Sequence record: PP952733.1
DNA length: 64,000 bases
Direction: 5' to 3' (one strand)
Origin: Escherichia phage vB_EcoM_H12
Position 1 is the first letter of the stretch. Every line of letters begins with the position of its first letter. Below are positions 62,271 through 64,000 of this stretch, one piece after another. Under the pieces are notes generated by a model that was not told the DNA's origin, ran no database searches, and saw only the letters and a program-made list of their open reading frames with translations. Made by a program: the position numbers and the translations under genes.

Positions 62271-62299
62271 TTGCAAAGACAAATCAAATCAAGTAAATT
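62271..62299 (+). promoter_or_regulatory. type-2 promoter
   Basis: TTGCAA-N17-TAAATT then GGGGGA-TGACC-TCCCCC hairpin. Confidence 0.55.
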
Positions 62300-62360
62300 A
62301 CTAATCAACGGGGGATGACCTCCCCCACTAAATAAAGTCCTTAAACTAGGAGATTCTAAA

Positions 62361-62891
62361 ATGAACAAGTTTAAAGCTATCAATTACATCCGCTCAAATA
62401 GTGTTATGTCAAAACCTGTTAAAGATACCTACGAATTTCGTTGCAATGGTGTACACTTTGCAACAATCACCAAATCAGAAAACGGAGCTTATTACATTCA
62501 TCGCCGTAATGTTGCAACCGTTGTTGTCTCTCACTTTATGCAAGCTGTCGCGGAACTTCTCCCGATGTTTTTAGGGCTTTACTTGGATGAGTGTAAAAAC
62601 GTTCACAATCACGTTAAAAACCTTTTAAATAGCTATAAAATGGCTTATGAACGTTCTATCAAGTCATTGAACAAGTTTTACAACGCACCTGAAAATACTG
62701 TATCAATAGCTTATGACGTAAGCGGTGAAATGGTAAACTTATCCAATGTGGAAGAAATCAAGCTGCATGATTTACGCCCTAGCGGTGACTCTAAGACTCT
62801 CGGTGAAGGTTTAACGTTCAATATCAAGAACTTAGAGAAAACTTTAAAAGATATTGAAAAAGATATTGACGAGACAACCAAAAATCTGTAA
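62361..62891 (+). CDS. small-gene array: hypothetical protein
   Basis: 176 aa; conserved leader. Confidence 0.45.
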   Translation: MNKFKAINYIRSNSVMSKPVKDTYEFRCNGVHFATITKSENGAYYIHRRNVATVVVSHFMQAVAELLPMFLGLYLDECKNVHNHVKNLLNSYKMAYERSIKSLNKFYNAPENTVSIAYDVSGEMVNLSNVEEIKLHDLRPSGDSKTLGEGLTFNIKNLEKTLKDIEKDIDETTKNL

Positions 62892-62894
62892 ATT
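62866..62894 (+). promoter_or_regulatory. type-2 promoter (inside the 3' end of the upstream gene)
   Basis: TTGACG-N17-TAAATT then GGGGAGGGAATGACCTTCCC hairpin. Confidence 0.5.
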
Positions 62895-62956
62895 GTCAAT
62901 CAACGGGGAGGGAATGACCTTCCCACTAAGTAAAGTCCTAAACTGGAGTTATCAAG

Positions 62957-63220
62957 ATGGAAAACGTAGAATTAACCGCACTATTGCAGATTGCAACTGA
63001 TAAAGAGGATGTAGCACTGTTCCACCGCATTGAAAGCGATTTGTTCAATGGTGAAATCATCAAAGAGTCTTACGAAGTTGTCGGATTCAAAGACGGTAAA
63101 ACGTTCGGATTCTTTGACCTTGATAAAGGCAACGCGGTTACAAAATATGATGTTTTATCTTGTGAGATTCTTACAAGATACAACGAAAAAAGGCTTGCAA
63201 CATACGCCAACATGCAGTAA
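62957..63220 (+). CDS. small-gene array: hypothetical protein
   Basis: 87 aa; leader variant. Confidence 0.4.
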   Translation: MENVELTALLQIATDKEDVALFHRIESDLFNGEIIKESYEVVGFKDGKTFGFFDLDKGNAVTKYDVLSCEILTRYNEKRLATYANMQ

Positions 63221-63223
63221 ATT
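63195..63223 (+). promoter_or_regulatory. type-2 promoter (inside the 3' end of the upstream gene)
   Basis: TTGCAA-N17-TAAATT then GGGGGA-TGACC-TCCCCC hairpin. Confidence 0.55.
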
Positions 63224-63284
63224 ACTAATCAACGGGGGATGACCTCCCCCACTAAATAAAGTCCTTAAACTAGGAGATTCAAAA

Positions 63285-63533
63285 ATGGCAACTATCCGCG
63301 CAATTGTAAATTCTTATGGCTGCTACACTCTGGACGTTAAATTTGATATTGGTGGAACTGATGAATGCTTTTCATTAGTGAAGACAGTTATCAAGCAAGT
63401 TATCCCAGACTATAACCCTACTGATGACTTCTGGAAAGATGCCGTAAAAGAGGCGTTGAACGATGAATATCATTACCATTATTGGGGTGACTTGATTGTA
63501 TCCCTGTACTACAGCAAACAAGGTTACAACTAA
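63285..63533 (+). CDS. small-gene array: hypothetical protein
   Basis: 82 aa; conserved leader. Confidence 0.45.
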   Translation: MATIRAIVNSYGCYTLDVKFDIGGTDECFSLVKTVIKQVIPDYNPTDDFWKDAVKEALNDEYHYHYWGDLIVSLYYSKQGYN

Positions 63534-63571
63534 TCGACGCAACGGGGCTAAATAGCCCCAGATACCTTTAC

Positions 63572-63595
63572 AGCCCCTTAAATGGGGCTTTTTTA
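63572..63595 (+). terminator. intrinsic terminator closing the small-gene array
   Basis: AGCCCC-TTAAAT-GGGGCT then TTTTTT; extra hairpin GGGGCTAAATAGCCCC just upstream. Confidence 0.55.
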
Positions 63596-63599
63596 CGTC

Positions 63600-64000
63600 T
63601 ATGTAATAGACCCTACACAATCCTTTCCAGAATCTATCTCGTACCTTAAAAGCAATAACTCTATAGCTTACTCTATAGCCCCTTATCAAATCAACTTAAA
63701 TATAAGCCAATAACCCCAGAAAGGGGATGGCCCATTTAAACGCTCTATAAAGCTCTATAACAGCCTTATCAACCTAACTTAATGGATTGCATTAACTCAC
63801 CCTTAAAAGCTCTTTACAGGGCTTTATAGAGGCTTAAAAGAATCTTATAAGGGTGTAAGCTTTATCATCTCGTTAGTTATCTTGTGAATGGTTAAACAAC
63901 CCCTTGATAGTCACTAAAAAGTATGTTATAGGGGCTATAAAGTCACTTTGAAGTAGCTTAAAAGTTACGTAAAAGGTGTTTAAAAGTTACGTAAATGCTA
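63600..64000. repeat. non-coding region with short direct repeats (continues beyond window)
   Basis: Repeated CTCTATA(A)AGC units; TTAAAAGTTACGTAAA twice at 63958-64000; no ORF over 60 aa. Confidence 0.4.

Overview
This 64 kb window reads as a contiguous stretch of a virulent, AT-rich tailed dsDNA phage genome; no integrase, repressor/lysogeny module, rRNA, tRNA or CRISPR array was found. All calls are from reading the sequence and the ORF track by eye; no searches or computations were run. Layout: (1) 1-16606 (+) is a contractile-tail morphogenesis module: putative sheath, tube, a chaperone pair with a candidate -1 frameshift, tape measure, baseplate proteins and two tail-fibre paralogues with HxH repeats, ending at a bidirectional terminator. 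(2) 16642-27267 (-) carries thymidylate synthase, dihydrofolate reductase, small unknown genes, an ATP-dependent DNA ligase and a family A DNA polymerase. (3) 27495-52611 (+) is a replication and nucleotide-metabolism block: dNMP kinase, T7 gp4-like primase-helicase, SSB, 5'-3' exonuclease, NrdAB, glutaredoxin-like protein, NrdDG, two putative homing endonucleases, a Prs-like/Nampt-like pair, and rIIA/rIIB-like genes. (4) 52712-57046 holds a lysis cassette (secreted lytic transglycosylase, overlapping spanins) and a macro-domain protein. (5) 57047-64000 is a repeat-rich non-coding region followed by an array of about 14 small genes, most with their own sigma70-like promoter, a covarying 5' hairpin and a near-identical ribosome-binding leader. 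The strongest candidates for a biological system are the Prs-like/Nampt-like pair (architecture of the phage NAD+ reconstitution pathway NARP1, a counter-defence function) with the nearby macro-domain gene, and the families of structured intergenic elements. Gene content resembles Felix O1-like virulent myoviruses, but that attribution is inference only.
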